Source: Orbicella franksi (taxonomy: Eukaryota). Taken from it: a stretch of 64,000 nt of DNA. Of the stretch, positions 36,092 through 50,129 are shown piece by piece; the stretch's first letter is position 1, and each line of letters begins with the position of its first letter. The stretch covers positions 17,546,001 through 17,610,000 of the forward strand of contig OZ116710.1 in NCBI GenBank assembly GCA_964199315.1, given 5' to 3'. The notes beneath the pieces were generated by a model. That model searched no databases. It worked only from the letters and a program-made list of their open reading frames with translations, and was not told where the DNA came from. The translations under genes were made by a program, and so were the position numbers.

Positions 36092-38945
36092 GCTGGTTTG
36101 TTGGCTCGATGCCTCACAAGTTTGCGTCGCTTGATTACTGGCGCTGCATGTTTATGAGCGGCGATGAAATTTTCACCTCACTTCTTTACAAATAGTTCTT
36201 TCCTTAAATGGTTTAGATAAACTTCCTCGTTATTGTTCGAGCGGCTTGCAAATTTTTAAGTAATAACAAGGCCGGAAAATAATATTCAAATCCAGAAACG
36301 AAAACCGAGAATTCTCCTAGTACGAATCGACCGTTTACGAAACAATCCTCTTGTTTAAACAAAGGAATGGAAAGAGCTTCCGATGAAATCTCACGAGAAG
36401 AGTTTATCACATACTAACAAGGTTATTTAACAATATAAGTGGACAAAATACCCGAAAATTAAGAGAGATTCTTCAGGTCGCTCGCAGTACAATGTTTGTT
36501 TTCGTAATAGTTATAAAGGCGACTTTTAACGTGTGTTTAAATTTTGAAACTTGAACGCAAAACTGCAATAAACATTTCCCGAAGTAACACAGGGGAGTAT
36601 ATGGAAAGCCAAATAAATGATGAAATCCGTTAAGAGTTCAGTTTTCATGATTAAAATACCGAAATTGCCGCCCAATTTTAACAGGAAATAACATACTTTG
36701 TTTATTATCGCAGCCATTCAAAACAGTTTAATCTTTATAATCTGCCTTGAACTTTTTTCTTTTCTTTGAAACAGGTGACTATAGACAAATGCTATTAACA
36801 TCACTTATTTTGTTAATCGACATTTAAATCCAGTGATACAAAGGGAGGGAAGTGTGGAAAAGCACATGCCAAGTCCAGAATTTTTTTTAATGAAATTTCA
36901 GTTTAAATGGTCAAATTTCAGTACCAAAAGTAACAAGAAATTAAAGAGCATACTGTATTTGGAGAGCCTTCCTTGGCGAAAGGTGTCCAAGTTTTAATTA
37001 GTATTATTATTATTGTTGTCGTTATCAATATCATATGAAAGCGAGAGCAATTAAGGATTTTACGGTACGAGTGATATTTCGAAAATTCTTAGCCCAGTTT
37101 AGGCGAGTGTAATTTGAAAGAATTTCTTAAATATAAATTAAAAATAAAAATCGTAACCACATTCAATAAAAAATTATTCTCTTTAAGTTGGACAATTTTT
37201 AAAAAAATTGTTCGGAAGGGATAAAAGATGTAGCTGAAATCGGGCACAAAAGCCGTTGCTCAAGGATAAAATTTGTTATTGTATTTGGAGAAATGTTTCA
37301 CTACACTGGTATCGTAGTGAACGAGCGAGCCGTGAACATTATGTGACTGCGCGTCAGCGTCAGAACAAAAAACATCCAATGAAACGACTTACTTCGACCT
37401 TTCCGTGTGCTACTTGTGTTTCCGTGCCGTTTGAAAGCGATTCTAATGAGTTATAGTTTCACTTTTTACATCTCTCTACATACAGAAAGGAAAACAGTGA
37501 GCATATATTGAACAATTATGACGTTACGTCTTTGCGTTACTTTTACATTTCAACCCTTCTCTTTGCTTATCAAAAAACATGACGAACGACTTTCTCTTTA
37601 AAAGTGCACCCACTCAAGCAGGTGCAACTAATAAAACATTAGGAAATTTCCTTCAAGCTAAGTTCGACAGCGAACTTAATGTTCCATTTTGTCCTAAACG
37701 AGCACGGTGATCTCCACTTTATAATGCATAAATTTAAGTCACATGTGGTTGACTACGGATATACTGCGACTTAAAGAAAAGTTTGAAATTCTGGTTTGAT
37801 ATACTTATATTTGGATGCTTTGAAAAACGCAACTTTAGAAGATGCTGGTTGAATATTATTCTGCTCATCAAAATTCGTTTTTAAAATAGAAGTACTTAAA
37901 GCTAAAGTTATGGGTGTTTTAGTGGCTACTGTTCTCATGGTAACCTTCGTGTCACGAAAATGATAACAGCGTTTTCACCAACGATTGGACAGTCTTGATA
38001 CCATGATTGTAGCATCAACTGATAAAGAGTGGTGATATTGGTTCATCAAAATCTAAGTCTTGGAAAGTGCTGGAAACTGTTTTGAGCCACCTTAAATTGA
38101 CACCAAAGTTACAACTCACGTGTTGCGCGAAGACGAAGTAATAAATCACGAGAAATACGATAAGAGGAAACGGTGACACAAACGAAAAAGGTGTCTCCGT
38201 CACACATGTGTCAAGTCCTCCGTTTTTTCCCTTTGTTTTATTATTACTGTTATTTTTGAAAAAAACCTACGTTTCTTTGTAACCTTCACACCTTTCCACC
38301 TGCTTTAATTAAGGATAAAATAAACAAAATTTAAGTACTTAGTTTAAATAAGTGAATAAAGTTTTCATTCATTTGGAATATTTTAATTCCCAAACCTTTT
38401 TTAAGTGACAATTGACAAGGAGTTATCGAAGACTATTTTAGCTAAGAAATGCTATACATTTTATAAAAAGTCCCTCATAAAACTTCTTTTCGTCAAATTT
38501 AAAGGTAAAGCCTACAGGAAGCATTACAATGGCCCTTAATTTTCCGCCGTTTTCTGTTGCTGTGTCAAACCTATTTCGTTAAATGTACACACAAGCTTTG
38601 ACACTAGTTCTGAATCAGTTCAGTCCAAGTTTTGAGGCATAAACTTTTTAGGAAGCTGTAGCTTGGTATTTGCGTTCTTAGATCAGGCTGATTTCTTGTT
38701 CAAAACATTAGGTTATGATTGCATTGAAATAATTACAAAGGATTTCCTTTTAGAGACGACTTTAAATATACGGCAAGGACAAAAACGAGGAAACGAACTC
38801 GAGTCGCTGAAAAAAAAAAAAAAAACGTATAAATCGAACGTATATACCCGGAACTGTACGTTTATCAATCGCCACTAATAAACATGCAGTTCCGCCTGCA
38901 ACAGTTTGGTAAGAAATCGACCGAGGAAACGAAGTCTTAAACAAC

Positions 38946-40963
38946 ATGGATGGTTCTAATAGCGCTTCTAAAAGTTTTGACCCTAGTTTCACAGCGTCTC
39001 AGCCAAGTACCGTCTCTATTGCTTTACAAACCGCTGTTCTGAGCCCCACGTTTATAGCAAACTTGCTCGGTAACATTTCTGTTTGCCTGGTTATTTATGG
39101 CACGCGTTCCCTCAGACAAAGACCAAGCAGTTCTATTTTGGCCAGCTTAGCAATGTCTGACTTCTCCTTGCTGTCGTTTCTCCTCTTCCGTTTGATTTGG
39201 CTGTACGATTTTGAAGCAGCAAACAAAGCCTGTAAACATTTTATAGTACTGTTTGGAGTACTCTTGTACGTCAGCATTGGTCATATTTGTCTTCTTAGTT
39301 GCGATCGCTACATTGCTATCATATATCCTCTGAGGTACACTGAAATTGTTACCAGAACACGCGTGACGCTAGCCTTGTTGGTTGCCTGGGTTGCTCCTGT
39401 GATTTCCATGGTGGTCTTTCCCCTGTTTTACGTTGACAGTGACGGCACTCAGTTTAGAACAAGCATCATAGGTTGCTCTGAGTTCACAAGTGAACATCTC
39501 TTGATGCATAAAGTTCATGTTGTCTTCAACAGCACCCTGTTCGTGGTGATTCCATTTGTGGTGACGATTTTCGTCTATGGCCATATCGCCAAAATCTCAT
39601 GGTCTCAGAGCAGCCGAGTTGAGCCTGGCGAAAACCTGAACCCCGAAACTGCTGACTTAAGGAAAAGGAAGCGAAAAGAGATGAAATGGGTGAAGACAAC
39701 AGGTAACTAGAGCCTTATTAATCCCACCAATACACATCAAATTAATTTTGCTAGTATTCTAAGTTCATTTTATCAACTTTACTTTAGTCCAGATAGCCAT
39801 TCATTACTTTTCATCTGAATCACGTGTAATGTATTTATGGTGATAACACATCACGTTCTTCTAGAATTAATCAAGAGCCCTATGTGTCATCTCCCGTCAC
39901 ATGCAGGCAATTAGAGACCCCGTCAGTACACTAATCACGTGATACAAACACAATGTACGATTTTAATTACCGAAAAAAGCTGTTGTTACGTGAGCTACAA
40001 ATTTGGGTTTGACGGCGAGAACAAGGAAGCATCTTTTTTTCAGATGATCATGAAATATGGCTTGCTTCTGAGGGATTATTGATATGGCAATGAGATGTTG
40101 CGTGCTATAAAATGCCCAGAGTTTACATCTATAAAAGAAACCTCGAAAAAAAAGGCAGAAATCCAAACATTATTTAACAAACTTATTTTGGCTAACTTTG
40201 ACAGTGAAAAGCCTGGAAAAATCCTGAAAGAGTCTCTGATTCAAAAGGAACAAACCCTCAAGTATCACCCATATACATGCAGCGCCATGTTCAGTGCTTT
40301 TTTTACTGTTTTGAATGATTAGCATGGTATTCCTTGATAATCATTTGAAACTAAATTAAGAGTTTGGGCCGAAAAAAAACATCGATAAGAATGATCAATC
40401 ACCAGACAGGTGTGACTTTAAAATATAGCTTCTCAGAATGAGACACAATGATATAGACCTCAAATAAATTTGGTCGAGAGTAAGGATTTGCTTTCTTACA
40501 GACTTCCTCCTGGCCTAAGTTACATTTTTTAACCTGGTTTTGGTTTTTGTGTTTGCTTTTTTCAGTTATCGCGATCGGTGCGTTCACCTTGTGCTATCTT
40601 CCAGGATTCATCTGTATATTGCTCACGGTAAAACTTGGACCCAATCGAGTCCCTAACGCACTCCGCCATTCCGTCATCATGTTGACGGCGATAAACAGCG
40701 CCCTCAACCCAATTGTTTACATGTTCAGATCCAAAGAGTTCAGAATCGCCTTCAAGAAATTATTCAGAGGTAGTTCGATTGTTCGCCAGCCGATTGAAGG
40801 CAAAAAGAAAGCCTGGTCACGTCTTGAAGTTTCCACGTGCAACCAACATGGTCGTCAGCCTTCATTTCCAACTGTTCCGACTGCAGATGTGAGAGACTTA
40901 AGTTTTCATTTACCGGGAAGCTCCGAGATTGCTGTAGAAGTGACTGAAGCAAACCTGCCATGA
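38946..40963 (+). CDS. Orphan class A GPCR type B, copy B2, intact, 384 aa. Exons 38946-39702 and 40566-40963
   Basis: 757+398 nt. Differs from B1 at three residues (L34P, D>N after RVP, T>S in the C-tail). Confidence 0.92.
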
Positions 40964-41472
40964 CTAGATGTGCGACCAGCCGTGATTAGCTATGTCTGCC
41001 TGGGTGGTGTTAGAACCAGAGGAAATGTTGACCGTGGTCTTCAACATTCAGTTTCCACTCGAAACTCGAGGTCTACATGCATTAAACTTTTTATTGTCTG
41101 GACAATGATATTATACGTTGCACCCCCTATTGGAATACCCTAGCCAGCATAGCTAGTTAAGTTTAAATATTAACTGAGGGACAGAATCAAAGATGGTTGT
41201 CAATTAATTAAGAGCACATGTCCACGAAAATCAAACATGGAGTGGCAAACTTGAAAATTTCAAAATCGCTCAAACTTTGGCTATGAGTAGTCCGTATTGA
41301 ACTATTCATCGCTATGTGGTTCATTGCCATTTTGAAGAAAACCGCATGCCTGAAGTATGAAGCCAGAAGATATCCATTTGCAATTAGCTTATTCTACAAC
41401 TTATCCAGGTTTCAATTTCCAGGTTGTAATTTATATGACATTTGAAAAAAAAATCTGACATTGTGCGAAAGC

Positions 41473-42098
41473 TAGGGGTGGCGAACGGTAAATGCTAGAC
41501 TTTGCGAGACGGCGAGACAAGCGTTTTTCGTTGCGAGCCCGAGATGTTTTGACATTTAAGATTGCGAGACCGAGACTTCAAAGTGTTTTGAGTGCGGGCG
41601 CGAGACGTTCAGACTCTTAAACTTTGAGCCCCAGATTTAGTTGAGAGCAAGAATGAGCTTGTACAGCCTTACGCCAGCTTCTTGGAACTGACTGGAACTG
41701 GAAATTCGATTATAACACACTACGTTATGATATCCTAGACAAAAGTGACTGTTTTTCTGGCGCCAAAACGGACGTTGCGGTAGGTTTTGTACCTTTTTGT
41801 GGAAGTAAGGTAATTAGGAGAAGTTAGGATTAACTTTTTCTCGGAAAATTTGTAAGCTGCTCCATTGAAACTCCATATCAAGTGAAGAGAAGACGTCATT
41901 TATAAAAACAGATAAATGAACGATTTGGGACTTCGAGACCCTTAGCCTTGCGAAAAATCGAGACTCAGAGACAGCTTCCTAGAAAAAACGAGACTGCGAG
42001 ACGCACATAACCGCTAAAAAACGAGACTGCGAGACCCGTGAAATTCGACTAAAATTTTATGAGGCCCAGAGCTTTTGAAGGACCATTCGCCACTCCTG
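41473..42098. mobile_element. hAT-like MITE (duplicate of 12684-13309)
   Basis: Same TIRs and GCGAGAC repeats. Confidence 0.6.
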
Positions 42099-43441
42099 AA
42101 AGAAACCCCCTGTTTCTTTATGGAAATCACTACCTAACTTGAAAAAGAAATTACCCACTACCTTTATCACAAATTAAACGAAATTTAGAGATCATACCTC
42201 TTTAGGGATGGGCTTTTAACTGATATGATTTTTGTTGTGGGGAAATCAGGCTGTGGTCTATGAGAGAGCGCTTAAACTTGCGAAATCGAACAAGAGATTG
42301 CGTGACGGACCGTGACAGACAGATCTACTATTTCCGCCCAAACTCAGTGAAAAAGCTCTTTGAAAATATAGTGGTTATTCTTGTTGATGTTGAGTCTTGC
42401 TATTTACATGTACTACTGTTTTTAAAATTACAGCGTTTATTGGCATGCTTGTTTTATCAAAGCTTCCATAACTTCTGAAATATGTTTACGTGCTTAGCAG
42501 GCTGTACTTGCAATTATCGTTTCTGACTTGCAAAATCCAAGTTGTAGGTATAGATGGGAGATTCACTCGATCCTTCCATCGATCCTTCTTTCACTCCTTC
42601 CGCCGCTTTCTCATAGACATTCCGCCATCGAATCCGCACGAACGTGTCTATGTAGAGAAGTTTATTACATAATGGTGCATTTTGAGAAGGTGTTCGCTTA
42701 ATACAGGTTTGAATGTACTCGAGTTACACTTCTATCGACGATCAATTTACACGACAAGTTTACCTCTATTCACTTTAAAATCGCAAGGAGAGTCACTGTA
42801 AGTAAGTTCAAACGAGTGTTTGATCTGTGAGAGTTGTTTGGTGTTGTTTCTGGCTGGGCTCTGTAATGGCGCGTAATGTGTTTATTTCGGCATACAATTT
42901 TAACTAAAATATAGTCAGTTTCAGTGGAGTTTACCTCTTCGTTGGTGTATTTAAGAGAATTTCTGTGGAATGCACTTGACGAGTTTTCGTGCTTTCTGCT
43001 ATTCAATTTACGGTATAAATGTCTGATTTCAAGCGATTCGCAACGACTGGCAGAAATTGTTTTTGCAGTACAACTTTTAACTTTTCACAAAATTTCAGAG
43101 CGGGAAAACAATTTTGTAGAACATAAGCGGTGAGCTAAACGCAATGAATATTAATTTCTAAGAAAAGTATCTGTTATTCAATACATGCTTTTGTGTCTAA
43201 CCATTGCGAAGAGTTTTGTGAGATTATGCAATATTATTGCACAATCTCATATAGTTATCGGCTCAGTTGAAGGTTTGAGGATTTTATGAAATCTGAAAAT
43301 CTCTCCCTGATGAGAGTTAATAATTAATGAAGATAGTGAAAACAAAGCGGCAGACAAGATGATATTTGAGATAAACTGCCTTTGCCCCTAGTCAAATCCC
43401 TTCTAAACGGCTCAAACAGACCCAGGAACACGGGTAAACAA

Positions 43442-44217
43442 AGGTCCGGTAATACGGGCAACATTTTTCTTCAACTTGTCTCGCAACATTGTTGCATTGC
43501 AAGTTGAAACCCTCTGTTGCGCGTATTACCACGTTTGTGGCCAACTTGTCTCGCAACATAATACAGTGTTGCAAGTCTGCGGAATTCTACACGTATGATT
43601 GGTCAATCGTGTGTAAATAAAAATGGTTCCTTCTTTCATAATTAAGCGTTTCGACGAACTTGCACTTCTAGTTCTGGGCGTCATTTTCTTCTTAATTTTC
43701 CGCGCCAGCCAAGTTCTCTTAGAGTAAAGCTCAGTGTCGTTTCAGATAGCTAGGCGAAAAGTTGTATGTTTGCGACAGTGCTTCCAAGCCTTTTGCCCCT
43801 TTTGCCGCTTGTTTTGGAGGGGCAAACGAGGTGTCCCAAAGACTATGTTAGCCCTCGAGGTCTTTGTACAGGGCAAATTTATGACTTTGCGAGAGTTACT
43901 GGCCTACTTCGAATTGACGCTCGTCTTCACCGTCCGCCATGATTGTTTTGTTTGCCGCGTTGCCGCGCTTTCCGACAGCCAATCACAAGCGTTGAATTCA
44001 AATTTGTTGCGAGACAAGTTGTAGCTTCAGTGATAATACGAGCAGCAAAACTGAACTTTGTCCGGTTGCGGAAAGCAGAACTCGAGTCTACTTTGCGCAA
44101 CATGTTGCCTCAACTTGCAACACCGTATTTTGCTGCGAGACAAGTTGGTCACAAACTTGCAATGCAACAATGGTGCGAGACAAGTTGAAGAAAAATGTTG
44201 CCCGTATTACTGGACCT
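43442..44217. mobile_element. PIF/Harbinger-like MITE (duplicate of 14653-15428)
   Basis: Same long TIRs. The left TSD reads CAA and the right TAA. Confidence 0.78.
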
Positions 44218-44737
44218 TAACAGTGCTTTTATTTGGTTAATGATTATGTTATTGCTGATAAAGTGCACGGGTTCCCTGTGCTTTGGGCGTGCGAGAGGAT
44301 TTTCATAAACGCAAATTGAATGGGAGCTTTAAAGCTGCCCACGGACCAAAAATTAAGCTTGTTCTTTTGTTTTTTTAAGCGGTGATGCATTGGTGATGTC
44401 AAACCCTTTGGTGTGCGATTTTGTGTTTTTCACGCTACGGTGTTCGGTAAAATAAAGTTATCTGCGGTGCTGTGGTTTCTTGTTTGACCTTTCTCAGACC
44501 TAAATTCAGCATCCAAACTTCGTTAATCTGTGCTAATCTATGACAAGCACACTGTCTAGTTAAACTTCGATATGCTTCAGCTGCCAGTCCGAAGCTGTTT
44601 TCATTAATACATAACTTGACAAGTAACTTCACCTCTGCCACGATGCAATTGGAGCTGGACCGAATTTATTATTGCTGCGTAGCATTTTCGATTTACCCTG
44701 CAATTAACCATGATTTAGGTCGGTAACCAAGGTTGAG

Positions 44738-47700
44738 ATGACAGATATACCAAGTCCACTTGCGGTTGCATGGTATCTTGAACCCCGTGGTGTCCAGATT
44801 GCTTCAATCTCAATTGGTCGCGTTTTCGACAAAGTTTATTTTCATGGTCTACTACTCAAACCCGGTTTAATTATCTGCTCTCGTCGTTCGACTTCTCTCG
44901 GGGTTGCTATATTGAAGCAAGTGAAACGAGGAACACACGCGGTTGTCTTGCCGTTCGATGCAAACGTCCAAATCAGCGCTTATTTCGCCCTATGCTGTGA
45001 TGTCTCGTCAAATCGATCCTGGCCCAGTGGAAAGACAGACGCTACTCAGAACTACTACCCAGAACATTACTCATGGCAAACGCTCAAGCATGATTGTTCA
45101 CATCAATACCAGAAGTATACTAAAGCACATGGATGAATTAAGGTTGACTTTTGGTGATGTTTATCCTTCAATTATCGCAATAACGGAGACCTGGCTGGAC
45201 GATTCTGTCGCGGACTCTGAGATCTCAATTCTTAACTACTCGTTAGAACGTCTAGACTGAAGCACAAATCGACGAGGAGGAGGAGTAGCGTTTTATTTAC
45301 TGGATGGTTTGAAATATAGTTGTCGAAGAGACTTAGAGGCAGAGTCGGAAGCAATTTGGATTCAAGCTAAATTATGCAACACCAATTTCTTAATTGAATG
45401 CATCTACAGAGCCCCAAACGAATCTCTGGAGGTTTTCAACTACATGGATGATGCGTTGAGATATGCTACACGAAATAACCTCGAAGTCATTATCCTAGGT
45501 GATTTAAATTGCGATTGCCTTAACACCTCTCTTCAACAAACAACAAGATTACAGGAATTTCCTATGGCCAACGAACTAGAACAGTTGATAAAAGAGCCTT
45601 ACCGTGTAACACGCAGCACAAAAAGTCTTATTGATGTACTCATCACCTCCACGCCCAATTTGTTTAAAGCTTCCGGCGCTCTGAGCACAACCTTCAGTGA
45701 CCATTATCCCATTTATGGAATAATGAAATGCCCCGCGGCCTGTCCAACAAAACATCGAATTATTAAAACGCGATCATGGAAGGAAAGCAGTATGAAAGAT
45801 TTTCTCTCTGAATTGGAAAAAACCCCCTGGAGTTTTCTCGATTGTTTTGACGACATCGACGACACGTATTCTGCCTGGGAATCCTTATTCAAGTCTCTTA
45901 TTGATAGTAACTTCCCTACAAAACTAAAGCGAGTACGAAAACAGACACACCCATAGCTTGATAGTTCTGTTCTTCGACTTATGAGGCAAAGAGATCAGCT
46001 ACACAAAAAGGTAATTAAACATGGACTGTCCACAGATTGGAATGAGTTCAAACGCCTCCGTAACATGGTAACGAGCATTAACAGAAAAAGAAGAAAGAAT
46101 TTCTTTGCTTACAAACTTGAAGAGAACCGTGGAAATCCAAAAGCGTATTGGAGAACATTGAGGCAAATTCTACTATCTAAAAGCAAAATATCTGGAACCG
46201 AAAAGTTGGTTGTTGACGAAATAGAACTGAATGATGGGCTCGACATAGCCAACTCCTTCAACGAATATTTTACAAACGTAGCCTCTACGCTGCTTGAGAA
46301 CAGACCATCACCTGGCATACAACAACCAGTACCCCAGTCCCAGACTCCATCTAAGATTTTCAGCCTACCTATTATCAACGAGTGGGACATGTTTAAAGCA
46401 TTGAGTACTACCAATCACACAAAGGCAACTGGTACAGACAACATTCCAGCCAAAGCTTTGAAGATTGCCGCTCCGCATATCAGTATAGTTCTAGCCAAGA
46501 TCTTCAACCTATCATACAGCACTGGTCACTTCCCCTCCTCTTTTAAAGTGGCTAAAGTAACACCTATTTTCAAGGGTGGCTGTAAAACAGAATGCGACAA
46601 TTACAGACCTATATCAGTGCTTCCGTACATCTCGAAGATCTTTGAAGCGTTTACGAACAATGCTCTAACAAACTTTGCACTCTAAGCTGGAATGATAAAA
46701 CAACATCAGTTTGCCTTTATGAAACACTCGTCAACAACAATCGCCCTCATTAAAGCGGTAGATTCGTGGAAAATGGCAATTGACAATACCAAGAAAGTTG
46801 TATGTGCTTTTCTCGGCCTGAGGAAAGCATTTGACACCATTGATCACAACATCCTACTACAGAAACTTTCAAAACATCTACATGGAAAGGAGTACGAGTG
46901 GTTCAGAAGCTACCTATCGGAGAGATCTCAACATGTCAGCTGCAATGGAATTAAGTCTGAACAGCAACAAATCACCCATGGAGTCCCCCAAGGCTCTGTC
47001 TTAGGACCGACCTTATTTAATATACATATAAACGATATATCCAGTGCTTGTGAAAACAGCCAAGTCATTCTTTATGCCGATGACACTGAATTTCATGCAA
47101 GTTCCAATGATGTTGGTGCTGCTGAACAGTGTGTTAACGATGATCTTAATCAAGTAAGCGTTTGGTTGCGCCGCAACGGTCTCATCAGCAACCATAAAAA
47201 GTCCGAGGCTATGCTAGTTGGATCAAGATATTCGGTAGCTAACACTCGTGACTTACAAGTGAAACTAGACGGAAAGCTGTTGAAACAAAGTGAACATTGC
47301 AAATATTTAGGTGTATATATGGACAGTTGCCTAACCTGGAATAAGCACATTACGTATATTGCATCCAGAGTTTACCCTAAACTCAAAATGTTGAACAGAA
47401 TCGCGCCCTTTCTTAGCCAAAGAGTTCTACTGAACATTTATAAACAAACTATATTACCCATCCTAGATTACGGGTGTATCATATGGGGTGTTTGTGGAAA
47501 AAGTAATTCACGACGATTAGAGAGATTACAGAATCAGGCCATGCGTATTATTCTTGCTGCGAATCGCAGAACGTGCTCACAGGATATGCGTAACAGGCTA
47601 TATCTGCTATCCTTAGATAGTAAGACGGCGGTTTTTGAAATTACAATTAGCGTTTAAGATCGTACACAATGTTCACTGTCCGCACCAGTTAGAGGAATAT

Positions 47701-48190
47701 CTTGTTAAGAGGTCTGATCTGCATGGAAGAATACTTAAAGACTCAACACTTTTAAACGTCACACCATCTAAAACGAAAATGGGTCAGTCTACTTTCAAGT
47801 GTGACGCTGCACGAGAATGGAACGGATTACCAAGAGAGATCAGAGAATTAAACACTCTTTCTAAGTTTAAAACACATATTTTTAAGCATTTTATGGATCA
47901 AGACCGTATCAATCGTGTATGTACTGTAAATTAGGTTCAATTTTTTGCTTGTCTGTTTGTCGTTGCTGCTCTTCTTTTTAAATGCTTGTTTTTATATAAT
48001 CTCCACAATGGTTGTAATTTTTAATGTAAACGTTCACTATATATATCTTCTTGTTCTTTTTTTTTAAAGTAAAATTTTATGAATAGCAGTATTTTATCTG
48101 TAAATGCTGATCGCCAGTTAATACCAGGGATCCAGTGATCACTGATTGGCCTTTCAGGTTAAATAAAGTCTTTTATTTTATTTATTTATT
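44738..48190 (+). mobile_element. Decayed CR1/L2-group LINE, right copy
   Basis: APE and RT motifs in ORFs 44943-47934 (AITETWL, NYRPISVLP, GVPQGSVLGP, YADD, KYLGV). Stops at ~45258, ~45954 and ~46683. Confidence 0.93.
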
Positions 48191-48427
48191 TATGTTTTCG
48201 TAGAAAATATTCGAACGTACAAAGAAAAGCAAAGCACTTTTCAAGCCTAAACTTCTGGCCTAGAAATTTAGTATCGCCATTTTCCGCCGAACCAAAAACC
48301 ACACAGCGATGAGGAGTTCAAAATTGACTACTAACGGCCGGGGTTTGAACAAATTTAGATTGTACATTTTCCCGCTAATTTCCGATTTTGCTTGATTCTT
48401 GCTGACACTCACTCTTAAGGCATCTTA

Positions 48428-48854
48428 TGCCCGGGTCTAATGCCATACTTCACATGAGCCGAACCCAATTTAACCTATTAGGTTCATGTGAAGTTCGGCG
48501 TTTGACCCAATTAAGTTCAACTGATTCTATTTGGAGCCGCTGAGGCGTTCTTCACGCCTGGCCAGCCGTGAATAACGCCTGAAGACCTACTTTGGGTCAA
48601 ACGCCGATCTTCACATGAGTCGAACCAAACGCATAATCAAAGGTCTAGGTCTAAAGGTGTCATTTTAAACCTTACCTTGAAAAACCACTGACCAATTGCA
48701 ACAAGACCGCTTTTGTTATTTGTTTGGTGTAGCAGTTTTGTTCGACTGAATTAAGTTCAACGTTTGACTCAAACAGGCGTTCTTACAATTATTTGAGTCG
48801 ACCCAAACTGTCATTAGGTTCGGCTCGTGTGAAGTACGGCGTTTGACCTGGGCC
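48428..48854. mobile_element. PIF/Harbinger-like MITE (duplicate of 19569-19995)
   Basis: Same TIRs, flanked by TTA/TAA. Confidence 0.75.
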
Positions 48855-50129
48855 TAACAGTATCCACCAGACAGTCTTTTTTAACATTTTTTCCCAAATG
48901 TCGTATTTCCAATCTGTCAGAAGAATGTTGAAATTTGAGAAACAAAATTTTATAATACCTGCCTTCTCCTAAAAAAAGCGGTCCAAATAAAGCTAAGAAA
49001 AAGAGAAGGCAGATGACATCCAGGACCTTCTTGTCATGGAGATTAACACGGGAAAGCCTAAGTTCTAAGTTCTAGCTTGTTGGCGCGATACCTATTATTA
49101 AGTTTGCGTCGCTTGATTATTGGCGCTGCCTGTTTATCAGCCGCGACTTAATTGTCACCTGATTTCTTCAAAAATAGTTATTTTCCTAAACGGCTTAGGC
49201 AAACTTTCCTCGTTATTGTTCAAGTGGCTTGAAAATTTATAAGTAATAAGAAGGCAGGAGAAAATTCAAATTTAGTAACGAAAATCGAGAATTCTGCCTT
49301 AGCACGGATGAATCCTCTCGTTCAAACGGAGCAATGGAAAGAGCTTGCGATGAAATCTCATGAGAAGAATTTATCACGTACTAACATAAGATTGAGGTTT
49401 ACTGTAGATAACTTAATAATATATTAGTGAACAAAATACCCCAAAACTAAGAGTGATTGTTCATGTCGGTTGCAGTACAATGTTTGAGTTTCGTAGTCGT
49501 TATAAAGGCGTCTTTTAACGTACGTTTAAATTTTGGAAAATTGAACGAAAATTTGCAATAAACATTTCCTGAAGTAACACAGGCGAGTATCTGAGAAGCC
49601 AAATAAATGATGAAATCCGTGAAGAGTTCAGTTTTCATGATTAAAATACTGAAATTTTCGCCCGAATTATAACAGGAAATAACATATTTTGTTCATTATC
49701 TCAGCCATTCAAAACAGTTTCATCTTTATAATCTGTCTTGAACCTTTTCCCTTTCTTTAGAGCAGGTGACTGGAGACAAATGCCATCAACATCACTTATT
49801 TTGTTAATCGATGTTTAATTCCGGTGATACAAAAGGAGGGAAGTATGGAAAAGCACATGCCAAGTCCAGAATTAAAAAAAATGAAATGGTCAAATTTCAG
49901 TACCAAAGATAATAATAAACTAAAAAGCATTCTGTATTTGTGGGTCACTACTTGGCGAAAGGTCTCCAAGTTTAAATGAATATCATTATTGTTGTTGTTG
50001 TTATCAAAATCATATGAATGCAATTAAGGATTTACAGTACGAGTGATATTTCAAACATTCTCAGCCTTTAGGAGAACGCAATTTAAAAGAATTTTTTGAA
50101 TATAAATTTAAAATGAAAATCGTAACCAT

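Larger units (their letters stand above)
41212..48414. mobile_element. TTAA-flanked Kolobok-like shell with nested insertions (duplicate of 12416-19555)
   Basis: TTAA|GAGCAC ... CACTC|TTAA, with the same long imperfect inverted termini. Confidence 0.7.
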